NCBI GenBank assembly: GCA_964546335.1
Contig: CAZJJN010000006.1
Location: forward strand, 12,120 to 76,119
Direction of reading: 5' to 3'
DNA from: an uncultured Phycisphaeraceae bacterium
GTDB taxonomy: Bacteria; Planctomycetota; Phycisphaerae; Phycisphaerales; Phycisphaeraceae
DNA: 64,000 bases
The position numbers and the translations under genes are program-made. Position 1 is the stretch's first letter. Every line of letters starts with the position of its first letter. Below the pieces are notes generated by a model. That model did not search any database, had not been told where the DNA came from, and worked only from the letters and a program-made list of their open reading frames with translations. Shown here piece by piece: positions 29,781 through 38,176 of the stretch.

Positions 29781-29989
29781 GGCAAACTCCCGGCGTGTAT
29801 GGGTAGGCTAATTGTATCGGATGTGCAGTGGAACTCGCACAATTCATGTTGCGAGTCATGGAAAAACCCACACAAGGATGCGTGGGATTTGATGCGGGAA
29901 TTTCATAAGCTTGGATGCTGTGGGCACTGGCGAAGGCCTGATCCGGTACCCGCTGATGATCCAACGTCGTCAACTCCACCACCCCATCA

Positions 29990-30219
29990 ATCGCTGGCGC
30001 ACCACCACCTCCCGAACGGTTGTTGCTGGGCCGGGCCCGTAAGCCGTGGATCAGACCGGCATCGCCCCCTTCGCGGTACCGCTTCCACAGCCGTTTGACC
30101 TGGTGATAGCTCAGGGGCAACTACTCGGCTGCGTCGATCAGGGTCATTTGGCCTGTTTCGACCTGCCAGAGCAGCGCCAGACGGTCCCTTTCACTGAGTG
30201 CCATCGAAAGCGTCTCCAT
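29990..30219 (-). pseudogene. remnant of an IS transposase N-terminal HTH region, interrupted by an in-frame TAG and truncated
   Basis: The minus strand reads 'METLSMALSERDRLALLWQVETGQMTLIDAAE*LPLSYHQVKRLWKRYREGGDAGLIHGLRARPSNNR'. This is the HTH leader pattern of ISNCY/IS481-like rve transposases as I recall them. The TAG is at 30121-30123, and no catalytic domain follows. Confidence 0.55.
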
Positions 30220-30335
30220 GGGGACGTTTCTACTTCAGTCCGAAAGGAACATTTCTACTTCGGTTCTCACAGGCGACAAGAAAACATGCTGGCAGAAACC
30301 TTCATTGCGAGCATCAAATCCGTTATTCTCGCAGT

Positions 30336-31433
30336 ATGGACGAACCTGATCCCAAGGCCAGTGATTCTGAAAAAGGAACGCCAGCAGCGCCTGATGGTCA
30401 GGATTCGAGCCAAAACTCCGCAGAATCCATCAATCAGCCTGCCAGGCGGGAATCCGACGACACAAGAGTGCATCCGCTTTCACCTGAAGAGCAGCAGGCC
30501 ATGGATTTCGCGCCTGGTCCCGCTGGGGAGTTAACCAAGGTTGTTGAGGATGAAGATTGGCGTGAAAATCCTCTGACGCAGCCACAGGCCGCGCGACGGA
30601 GAAAAAAGCGGATGGTGTGGACATTGCTCATCCTGGTTTTGCTGGTGCCTTTGGGTGCAAGTGCCCTTGTCTTGCTCACCCAGCGATGGATGCTGTTTCC
30701 GCGTCATGCCATCGCTCAGCCGGTACGGATGCAACCCAAACCCGCCGGGGCCGAGGCTTACTGGATCGATACGCCCCAAGGCAAGGTGGAGTCCTGGCTG
30801 TTTCTCGGAGCCGGGGCCACGTCCGTCGATCCCGGGCCTGCCGTCATCTTCATGCATGGCAATGGCGAGTTGATTGACAACCTGCCTGACCATATCCAGC
30901 AGTACACCGATGCAGGCATCAGCGTTTTACTGCCTGAGTATCGAGGGTATGGCTTCAGCGCGGGATCGCCTTCTGAGAAACATATCGTCGCCGACATGGT
31001 CCAGTTCCGAGATTGGCTGGCTGCTCGCAGTGATGTGGATGCGTCACGGATTATTTATCACGGCCGATCATTGGGTGGAGCTGTGGCCATCCAATTGGCT
31101 GAGGCCAGGCCTCCAGCCTTGCTCATCACCGAATCGACTTTTACCACGGTGCGCGACTTCGCCGCTCAATGGTTCGTGCCCGGCTTCCTCGTGCTGGATC
31201 CGTTTGAATCCGAACGCGACATCGCCAAATTGAACTGCCCGATTCTGCTGATGCATGGCAGGGTGGATCAGATCGTGCCTCCTGAACATAGCCGTCGATT
31301 GGCTGATGCAGCCGGGGACAAGGCCAAAGTGGTATTACTGGACGGGGTCGGGCATAATGACACACCCTGGTCAGACAAGTATTGGCCGACGATTTTTGAA
31401 GCGTTGGAGCGAGAAGGATTGCTGGGGGATTAG
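30336..31433 (+). CDS. membrane-anchored alpha/beta hydrolase
   Basis: Disordered N-terminus, one TM ('MVWTLLILVLLVPLGASALVLL'), nucleophile elbow 'HGRSLGGAVA', and later 'MHGRVDQIVP' and 'GVGHND' (Asp/His positions). The ATG at 30336 is preferred over 30198. Confidence 0.8.
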   Translation: MDEPDPKASDSEKGTPAAPDGQDSSQNSAESINQPARRESDDTRVHPLSPEEQQAMDFAPGPAGELTKVVEDEDWRENPLTQPQAARRRKKRMVWTLLILVLLVPLGASALVLLTQRWMLFPRHAIAQPVRMQPKPAGAEAYWIDTPQGKVESWLFLGAGATSVDPGPAVIFMHGNGELIDNLPDHIQQYTDAGISVLLPEYRGYGFSAGSPSEKHIVADMVQFRDWLAARSDVDASRIIYHGRSLGGAVAIQLAEARPPALLITESTFTTVRDFAAQWFVPGFLVLDPFESERDIAKLNCPILLMHGRVDQIVPPEHSRRLADAAGDKAKVVLLDGVGHNDTPWSDKYWPTIFEALEREGLLGD

Positions 31434-31473
31434 GGCGGTGGTGAATTCACTTTTTTCATGAAGGGGTCCATTC

Positions 31474-31914
31474 TTGGATAACAACAAAGACATCATGCAA
31501 CCGTTGATTGCAGCGGGTGTGGGACTGGTGATGACGGTGATCCTGGGCTTCATCTGGGGTGGAGGTGAAACCAGTCCGGTTGGGATGATCGCGGGGTCGT
31601 TGATCGTGGCTGCCCTGTCAATTGTAATCGGCATTCCGGTTCTCTTTGTTGTCGCAGCCTTGATGAAAACAGGATTCGGCTCGCTGCCACTTGCTTTGCT
31701 GAAATTCCCATGCGCTGTTTTGTTTGCCACGGGTATCTACATGCTGGCCCCGATTGGTCTGCTTGGCACAGCCTTGTTTGGTGCAGGTGTCTGGGCAGCG
31801 ATCATCTGGCTGTTTGATGTGGATCAGCATGAGGCTGGGATTACAGCCATCATTTTCCTCATCGTGCAGTTTCTGATGTGGCTGGCTTTAGGCGTCATGG
31901 TGCAGTTCGCGTGA
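31474..31914 (+). CDS. small integral membrane protein, hypothetical
   Basis: 146 aa with four hydrophobic helices. TTG start, with an alternative ATG at 31495. Confidence 0.5.
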   Translation: MDNNKDIMQPLIAAGVGLVMTVILGFIWGGGETSPVGMIAGSLIVAALSIVIGIPVLFVVAALMKTGFGSLPLALLKFPCAVLFATGIYMLAPIGLLGTALFGAGVWAAIIWLFDVDQHEAGITAIIFLIVQFLMWLALGVMVQFA

Positions 31915-31957
31915 CAAATTCTGCGGGTTAAGTATCAGTCAAGTTCGTCACGCCTGG

Positions 31958-32182
31958 GTGTCGAATGATGGTGCCACACCACGGCGTGATGAAAAGCTCA
32001 AAGAAGTCGAACGCATTGCGCAGGAGGAAGTGCCTGCAGGTGTGCCCATGGCTCAATGCGCCTTGGCCTGGGTGTTGAAACATGATGCGGTGACATGTGT
32101 GATTCCCGGCTGTAAGAACGTGCAGCAGGTGGAAGATAACGCCAAGGCTGCGGATCTGGAAATGGTTGAAGTTCGAGATTAA
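31958..32182 (+). pseudogene. C-terminal fragment of an aldo/keto reductase
   Basis: 'MAQCALAWVLKHDAVTCVIPGCKNVQQVEDNAKAADLE' matches the conserved AKR C-terminus (LAL.WVL......IPG....Q..EN). No N-terminal 250 aa is present upstream. Confidence 0.6.
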
Positions 32183-32235
32183 ACGCAACGAAGATTTGTG
32201 CTCATGGCCAAACCGATGCTTAAGCTGTGCAGTGC

Positions 32236-33075
32236 TTAACGATACCACCAAGTTGGTCGTTTTCCGCGGTCGCGTTCATTGTCATCACGCCATGTGCTTT
32301 GCAGATCGTCTGTATGAATCGGTCCTGCATGGTTATCCAGAAAGACAATGTTGATGGATTCACCAGCCGGGCCGTGCCGTTCACTGACAAAGTCCGCTGA
32401 GGAAAGGTGATAAAGCAGGCCGTCGAAAACGGATATGATCTGTGAGGGATTATTTTCAAACTGACTGAAAGTGACCACATCAGTCTGATTGACATCGGTA
32501 CTGTATCGGCGGTGAGGTAAGTCACGGAAACTGCCAAAAAGGTTACTTTCAACATTGCCACCGTTGATGGCATAAGAGGTATGCGACCAATAACGTGTGT
32601 TGCCTGACGAATCGATGATTTCTGACACGGTGACTTTTCTCCGTGCGTCGGAAGTTCGCCCATCGCGACCACGGAATTCATTGGTCCATCCCCCCCAATC
32701 CCCGCCGTTGGCCACACTGGCTCCGCTGAACAATTCGGGGATGTCGTTCGGGCAACGTAAAGCCGAACTTCCCTCAGGAATATCGGATGTGTCGGATTCT
32801 GCGGAAGGGAAAGCTTCGGTATCATTGAGCATGGACGTCCAGTGTTCGCGTCGTGAGCCTTCTTTGAGGTCCATCCAGACGGTGACATCGCCGTTGTCGT
32901 TGGCGTAGATATTCTGCGCCAAGCCGATCTGTCTCATATTGGACAAACAGTTGGCACCGCGCGCCACTTCAAATGCACTGCCCAGAGCGGGTAGCAGCAG
33001 AGAAATCAGCAATGCGATGATGGAAATGACCACCAATAGCTCAATCAACGTAAACGCGTTTCTCGTGCGTGACAT
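32236..33075 (-). CDS. prepilin-type N-terminal cleavage/methylation domain protein (DUF1559-like)
   Basis: RBS GGAG, then ATG at 33075. '[31 protein letters not shown]' is the type IV pilin/pseudopilin leader. The C-terminal '[10 protein letters not shown]' sits in the position of the H-x9-DG-type tail. Confidence 0.85.
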   Translation of the reverse strand: MSRTRNAFTLIELLVVISIIALLISLLLPALGSAFEVARGANCLSNMRQIGLAQNIYANDNGDVTVWMDLKEGSRREHWTSMLNDTEAFPSAESDTSDIPEGSSALRCPNDIPELFSGASVANGGDWGGWTNEFRGRDGRTSDARRKVTVSEIIDSSGNTRYWSHTSYAINGGNVESNLFGSFRDLPHRRYSTDVNQTDVVTFSQFENNPSQIISVFDGLLYHLSSADFVSERHGPAGESINIVFLDNHAGPIHTDDLQSTWRDDNERDRGKRPTWWYR

Positions 33076-33339
33076 GTTTTTCTCCAAAAACTGGCGATAG
33101 CCGATCAGGGCGAGTGCCCATGACAAATTCAGACAACTATGTAACTATATCGAAGTGGGCTGAAAAAACCACAGCGAAAAGGTCTTTCGGGGACGAAATA
33201 TTTTGACCGGTACCAAAATTAGCCTATTGCCGATAACCCTATATTGGTCATGGCGTTGTTGGGATTTTGCTTGAATCTAGTAACATGGCCGATATCGTGT
33301 GGGCGGAGATCAGTGGGTTTACGATCAAGGGGCTTCGTT

Positions 33340-34767
33340 GTGCAGCACTATGATTTGGCGGTTATCGGAACGGGCCCAGCAGGCCAGAAGGCAGCCATCC
33401 AGGCAGCCAAACTGGGTAAGAAGGTCTGCATCATTGAGAAAAATGAAGTGGTAGGGGGCGTGGCTGTCAATACGGGCACGATCCCGTCCAAAGCCTTGCG
33501 CGAGGCGGTACTCCATCTGACCGGGGCTGCCAAGCGCGGTTTGTTTGGTGATGCCTATCGCGTCAAACGCAACATCACCATCGCCGACCTGATCGGGGTC
33601 AGTCAGCGTGTGATCCACAGTGAGTGGGAAGTGATCCAAGACCAGCTTGAGCGCAACCATGTCGAACTGGTCTGGGGCGAAGCTCACTTTGAAGGGCCGA
33701 ACCTGTTGCAGGTCATCAGCCAGCAGAACAATGAAGCGGTCATGCTCACGGCTGACAAATTCCTCATCGGGATCGGCACGCGACCTGCGCGCCCCGACAG
33801 CATTCCCTTCGATGAAGAGTCTATCCTCACCAGCGATGAACTACTCAAACTCGGCAAACTGCCCACCACCATGATCGTCGTCGGCGGCGGGGTCATCGGT
33901 ACGGAATACGCCTGCATGATGGCAACCTTGGGCATCAAAGTCACCCTCGTTGAAGGACGCGATGAACTGCTGGGCTTCCTCGATGAAGAAATCGGCGAGG
34001 CTTTCCAGTATCACCTGCGCCAGCGGGGTGTCCGGCTAAGGCTTGGTGAGAAAGTGGAATCCATCCAAAAGCTGGAAGTGAATGACAGCAAGGAAAGCAT
34101 CGAAGGCAACGCGCCACGCGTGCAGGCCACGCTGGAATCAGGCAAGGTACTGAAGGCTCAAGCGCTGTTGTATGCCGTGGGCAGGCAAGGCTTGTGTGGC
34201 AGGTTGGAACTGGAGAACGTCGGGCTGGAATATGACGACCGTGAACGGCTGAAGGTCAATGAGTATTACCAGACCACCCAGGAACATATCTACGCTGCGG
34301 GTGATGTCATCGGTTTCCCTGCGCTGGCCAGCACCAGCATGGAGCAGGGGCGGCTGGCTGCCTGCCACATGTTCGGCAAGATGACGCAGACCATGGCCGA
34401 CCTGTTCCCCTTTGGCATTTATGCCATCCCAGAAATATCCATGGTCGGTAAGACTGAGCAACAACTCACCGATGAAGGCGTCCCCTACGAGTCAGGCATC
34501 GCCCACTACAGCAAAACCGCGCGAGGCAAGCTCCTCGGCGACGACACCGGCATGCTCAAACTGCTCATCCATCAGGACACCCGCAAAATCCTCGGCGTGC
34601 ATATCATCGGCACCAGCGCAACCGAGCTGATCCACATCGGCCAGTTGGTCATGGCCTTCGGCGGAACGGTGGACTTCTTCATCGACAACGTCTTCAACTA
34701 CCCCACACTGGCTGAGGCATATAAGGTGGCGGCGCTGAATGGCTCGAACCGGCTGAGGCATATTTAA
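33340..34767 (+). CDS. sthA: soluble pyridine nucleotide transhydrogenase (Si-specific)
   Basis: 'YDLAVIGTGPAGQKAA', and 'VGGVAVNTGTIPSKALREAV' lacks the C-x4-C redox disulfide of lipoamide dehydrogenase. 'IYAAGDVIGFPALAS', 'PEISMVGKTEQQL' and 'NYPTLAEAYKVAALNG' track E. coli SthA closely. GTG at 33340 is preceded by AAGGGG. Confidence 0.85.
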   Translation: MQHYDLAVIGTGPAGQKAAIQAAKLGKKVCIIEKNEVVGGVAVNTGTIPSKALREAVLHLTGAAKRGLFGDAYRVKRNITIADLIGVSQRVIHSEWEVIQDQLERNHVELVWGEAHFEGPNLLQVISQQNNEAVMLTADKFLIGIGTRPARPDSIPFDEESILTSDELLKLGKLPTTMIVVGGGVIGTEYACMMATLGIKVTLVEGRDELLGFLDEEIGEAFQYHLRQRGVRLRLGEKVESIQKLEVNDSKESIEGNAPRVQATLESGKVLKAQALLYAVGRQGLCGRLELENVGLEYDDRERLKVNEYYQTTQEHIYAAGDVIGFPALASTSMEQGRLAACHMFGKMTQTMADLFPFGIYAIPEISMVGKTEQQLTDEGVPYESGIAHYSKTARGKLLGDDTGMLKLLIHQDTRKILGVHIIGTSATELIHIGQLVMAFGGTVDFFIDNVFNYPTLAEAYKVAALNGSNRLRHI

Positions 34768-34804
34768 CAAACCGAATAGTGAGAATCGCATCAAGCTCAA
34801 TGAA

Positions 34805-34840
34805 CTCGATTATTGTAAGATAATCGAGTTTTCTGTTTTG
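34805..34840 (+). terminator. rho-independent terminator after sthA
   Basis: CTCGATTAT(34805-34813), loop tgtaag, ATAATCGAG(34820-34828), followed by TTTTCTGTTTT. Confidence 0.7.
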
Positions 34841-34861
34841 AGAGATGCATAAGGTACGAGT

Positions 34862-35662
34862 ATGGCTACGCAACTAGTCACAATTGCAAAAATATCAGGC
34901 GTTGCCGCGTATGCTGTTGCGGAGTTATTCCGACGATGGGATGAATCTCGACTGGTGCGAGATGAGTACGAGGAAGATCCAGCTCATTGGCCTCAAAAAA
35001 CGAAGGATGAACTTGAAAGGTTTGAGCGACAGTTGATCGATCAAGCGAAAGAATTTCCAGTAGTCTATTGTTCCCAATACATAGATAGCTATTCGGCGGC
35101 AGATACGTTTTCGTATTGGTATCCCAAGAAGAAGAAGGATCATCTCTATAGTATTCTCGATACATGTTGTTATGTATTACCCGATGATGGGTGTCTCAGG
35201 CGATACTTAAAGAAACTACTGAATCCCGGATGGTTCCAGGAAAAACCATTTTATTTGGATGCGCGGCTTTATGTAAGATTGCTCGAAGCGGAAGAGGAGT
35301 ATGATTTTGGTACAGAGAAGTCTGTCATCATTCTAATACGGGATGCGTACAGTGCTAGTCGTGATTATCCGATAGACTGGTATCGCAGTGGTTCACATTG
35401 TTCCATCACTCCTTGGATTGCCAATCTTCTAAGAGATCCCAAATGGGTGATGAAAACTGAAGATAAGGTTGTGCGTAACCAACAATTCGAGTTTCAATCT
35501 TCACTGCCAACTCCAAGGCAAGTCTACGATTCCGTGGGGCCTGAGCGTGACAAATATCAATGTAAAGTCGAAGGTTGCACTCGCGGAACGGTGAAATACA
35601 GCCCATTCTGTCGATTGCATGATTATGAAAGTAAGTATGGGAAAAGTCCTTTTGACCATTAA
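34862..35662 (+). CDS. hypothetical protein with C-terminal Cys/His motif (orphan, AT-rich)
   Basis: 266-aa ORF in an AT-rich stretch. The C-terminal 'CKVEGCTRGTVKYSPFCRLHD' looks like a small zinc-binding module. No family recognised. Confidence 0.5.
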   Translation: MATQLVTIAKISGVAAYAVAELFRRWDESRLVRDEYEEDPAHWPQKTKDELERFERQLIDQAKEFPVVYCSQYIDSYSAADTFSYWYPKKKKDHLYSILDTCCYVLPDDGCLRRYLKKLLNPGWFQEKPFYLDARLYVRLLEAEEEYDFGTEKSVIILIRDAYSASRDYPIDWYRSGSHCSITPWIANLLRDPKWVMKTEDKVVRNQQFEFQSSLPTPRQVYDSVGPERDKYQCKVEGCTRGTVKYSPFCRLHDYESKYGKSPFDH

Positions 35663-35725
35663 GTTAATGTACGTTCCCACCATTTATCACAGATTCGGAT
35701 GCCAACTGAATGGATATGTGCGAGC

Positions 35726-36064
35726 TTAAAGATCAAGTACCAGTCGCAAACCTTCATCGACCGACAGTAAGAGATGGCCCGGCAACTTGCTGACCTTTTC
35801 CTCCAGCCTGTCGTGATTGATTGCAATCATTTGGGAAACGACTGCCACGGACTCCTTGTTCAGTCCTGTCTCTTTGCGCTTAAGCAGCACATTGCCCGGT
35901 GCCTTGGCCAAAAGCTTATTGCTGGAGAGAGGAACCACAAGAACCGATCCGATGCGACTGCGGTTGAAATGGTCAGATTGGACAACCAGCACCGGCCTGC
36001 GATAGGCAGGTTCATTGGCTTGGCTTTCGCCAAAGTCTGCCCAGTAGATATCCCCCTTTTCCAT
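35726..36064 (-). CDS. type II toxin, PemK/MazF family endoribonuclease
   Basis: 'GDIYWADFGES...RRPVLVVQSDHFN...VLVVPLSS' is the canonical MazF/PemK N-terminal pattern. 112 aa. Its start overlaps the antitoxin stop (TAATG). Confidence 0.85.
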   Translation of the reverse strand: MEKGDIYWADFGESQANEPAYRRPVLVVQSDHFNRSRIGSVLVVPLSSNKLLAKAPGNVLLKRKETGLNKESVAVVSQMIAINHDRLEEKVSKLPGHLLLSVDEGLRLVLDL

Positions 36065-36300
36065 TACCAGTCTTCCCGTGGTTGGTCTTGTCGGGCAGCC
36101 CGTTCGATCACGGCATCACTGGCTTGGTTCTTCTTGTCGCTATAGACGTCATTGAGCAGTTCGGTGATGTTCTCGCCCCGCTCAGTGATGTAGGCACGAA
36201 TCGCCTGAACGTAAAACTCGGATCGACTAAGCCCTTGCTTCTTCGCAAGATAGTCTGCCTTGCGAAAGACTTCGTCCGGTATGGAAATGGCGGTTTTCAT
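36064..36300 (-). CDS. ribbon-helix-helix antitoxin (CopG/MazE-like)
   Basis: 78 aa. 'MKTAISIPDEVFRKADYLAKKQGLSRSEFYVQAIRAYI' is an RHH fold pattern. It lies immediately upstream of the toxin and overlaps it by 1 nt. Confidence 0.8.
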   Translation of the reverse strand: MKTAISIPDEVFRKADYLAKKQGLSRSEFYVQAIRAYITERGENITELLNDVYSDKKNQASDAVIERAARQDQPREDW

Positions 36301-36307
36301 AGTTAAA

Positions 36308-36323
36308 GTATAACGAGTTATAC
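36308..36323. promoter_or_regulatory. perfect palindrome upstream of the antitoxin start (candidate autoregulatory operator)
   Basis: GTATAAC-GA-GTTATAC at 36308-36323, 8 nt upstream of the antitoxin ATG (36300). Confidence 0.5.
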
Positions 36324-36371
36324 CAGGAAAATCAATTACTTTTTTTGTGCCTTAGTGACCAAATCTGAATG

Positions 36372-37931
36372 TCACGCCCCCGCAATTCTTGGAATCGGCG
36401 CGGGTTCACGTTCCATGTCCGCCTGCACCATCTTGAACATCAGTTCATTCTTCACATCCGCGTAGCTCGGATCATTGAACCGGTTCTTCAGTTCGTTGGG
36501 GTCGTTTTGCAAGTCAAAGAGTTCGCCCCAGTCGCGTCCTCGATACAGCGTCAGCTTGTAACGGTCGGTCACCAGTGTGCGCAGATGAACCGCAGTCGCG
36601 TTGTGATGGTTTTCAACGATTGCGTGGTCCCGGCAGGCGTCAGCCTCACCCGTCCAACAGGGCAGTTGGTCAATGCCTTGCATCCAGAGCGGGATGTCCA
36701 GGCCTGCTGCGCGCATGAACGTCGGTGCGAGATCGACCAATGACTGAATCGCGTCACTTTCCTTGCCCGTCGGGGTATGGCCTGGCCAGCGCAACACGAA
36801 GGGGAGTTTGATGACATCTTCGTAATGGAATGGGCCTTTCGCGACCAGGCCGTGCTGTCCAACAAAATGGCCGTGGTCGGTGGTGAAGACGACGATGGTG
36901 TTGTCTGCGATGCCCAGTTCGTCGAGTTTGTCCAGTGTTTTTCCGATCCAATGATCCATGAAGCTGATCATGCCATAGTAGATCGCCAGGCACTCGCGCA
37001 GGGTTTTTTCATCCATTTTGTGGGTGTGGTAACCATGGTTGCCCTTGCCGTCCTCGTTGAACGGGGCGAAGTCAGGCTTGTCTTCGCGTGTCAGTTTGTG
37101 AGGCAGGGGCATGTCATCAAACTCACCCTCAACAAACTCGCCGATCTCCATATCTTCGGGCTTGTACATGCTGGCCCAGGGTTCCGGGACGCAGTAGGGT
37201 GGGTGGGGGTCGTGATAACTTGACCAGCAGAAGAATGGGCGGCCTTCCGCGTGGGCTTTTTCAATCTGGGCGATGGTGCGCTCGCCTGTCCATGTCGTGT
37301 AGTGCAGTTCATCGGGAAGTTTCCAATGCATATCCTTGCGCCAGCCGTAGCCTGGGCCGGGGGTGGCTGGCGGAGCGAAGGGTGATTTTTCATCGCCAAG
37401 GGGCTGGAAGTATTCGCGCCAGTTGGTCAGGCCTTTCTCTTCCATCCAGAGGGCGTAGTGTTGGCCGACGTGGGATTCATCGCCATGCATGCGGGCGAGT
37501 TCGCAGTGGTCGAAGCCGTACCATGGCGTGCGGCCCTTGTTGAACTGTCGCCAATAATCAAGATCGCGGAGGATGGGTTGGCATTCCAGACTTTCCGTGC
37601 CCGGCTCCGACCGCAACGGTTGAAAGTGAGCCTTGCCCACCAGTGATGTCGCGTAACCCAGTTTGTGCAGTTCTGCCCCGAGGGTGGGCGAGTCCTCAGG
37701 CAGCTTGGTGCCGAGGGTGTAAGCCCCGTGCTGCGAGGGGTACATGCCTGTGATGATGGAGGCTCGGGTGGGCGTGCAGGTCGGGTTCGGGCAGTAGGCC
37801 CGGTTGAAGGTCATGCCTTCCTTGGCGATGCGGTCGAGCGCAGGGGTGTGGATTTTGGGGTTCTGACTGCCGAGGGTGGCCCAGTGTTGCTGGTCGCTGG
37901 TGATGAGCAGGATATTGGGGTGGGTGGTCAT
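36372..37931 (-). CDS. sulfatase (formylglycine-dependent, Cys-type)
   Basis: RBS AAGGAG, then ATG at 37931. 'NILLITSDQQ' and 'CTPTRASIITG' (C-x-P-x-R FGly motif) are present, with 'TTDHGH' later. Confidence 0.9.
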   Translation of the reverse strand: MTTHPNILLITSDQQHWATLGSQNPKIHTPALDRIAKEGMTFNRAYCPNPTCTPTRASIITGMYPSQHGAYTLGTKLPEDSPTLGAELHKLGYATSLVGKAHFQPLRSEPGTESLECQPILRDLDYWRQFNKGRTPWYGFDHCELARMHGDESHVGQHYALWMEEKGLTNWREYFQPLGDEKSPFAPPATPGPGYGWRKDMHWKLPDELHYTTWTGERTIAQIEKAHAEGRPFFCWSSYHDPHPPYCVPEPWASMYKPEDMEIGEFVEGEFDDMPLPHKLTREDKPDFAPFNEDGKGNHGYHTHKMDEKTLRECLAIYYGMISFMDHWIGKTLDKLDELGIADNTIVVFTTDHGHFVGQHGLVAKGPFHYEDVIKLPFVLRWPGHTPTGKESDAIQSLVDLAPTFMRAAGLDIPLWMQGIDQLPCWTGEADACRDHAIVENHHNATAVHLRTLVTDRYKLTLYRGRDWGELFDLQNDPNELKNRFNDPSYADVKNELMFKMVQADMEREPAPIPRIAGA

Positions 37932-38176
37932 CAAAAAACTCCTTGTCTGAATCAGACACCATAGCGAATTGTCTGTTATGGGAAAGTGGCCTGACACTGG
38001 GGAATTGCGCGGCCAAGCACTCGCGAATCAAGATCTCAAGCGATACAGTTTTCCGCTCTAACACACGGCCAATCAGTCCTGCTACGATTCGTCGGCGTGG
38101 GTTGGCGAACCGGGCTGGCCCCATTGCCGTAAACTATTGGACTGGCGCCCTTTGAAGCATATTGGAGACTGTTTTC

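Noticed and set aside
29560-30120. 186-aa minus-strand ORF taken as an intact gene
   Set aside because: It is a composite. Its 5' third is the post-TAG part of the IS HTH remnant. The rest overlaps the 5' end (N-terminal region) of the 28056-29780 gene in a different reading frame on the same strand.
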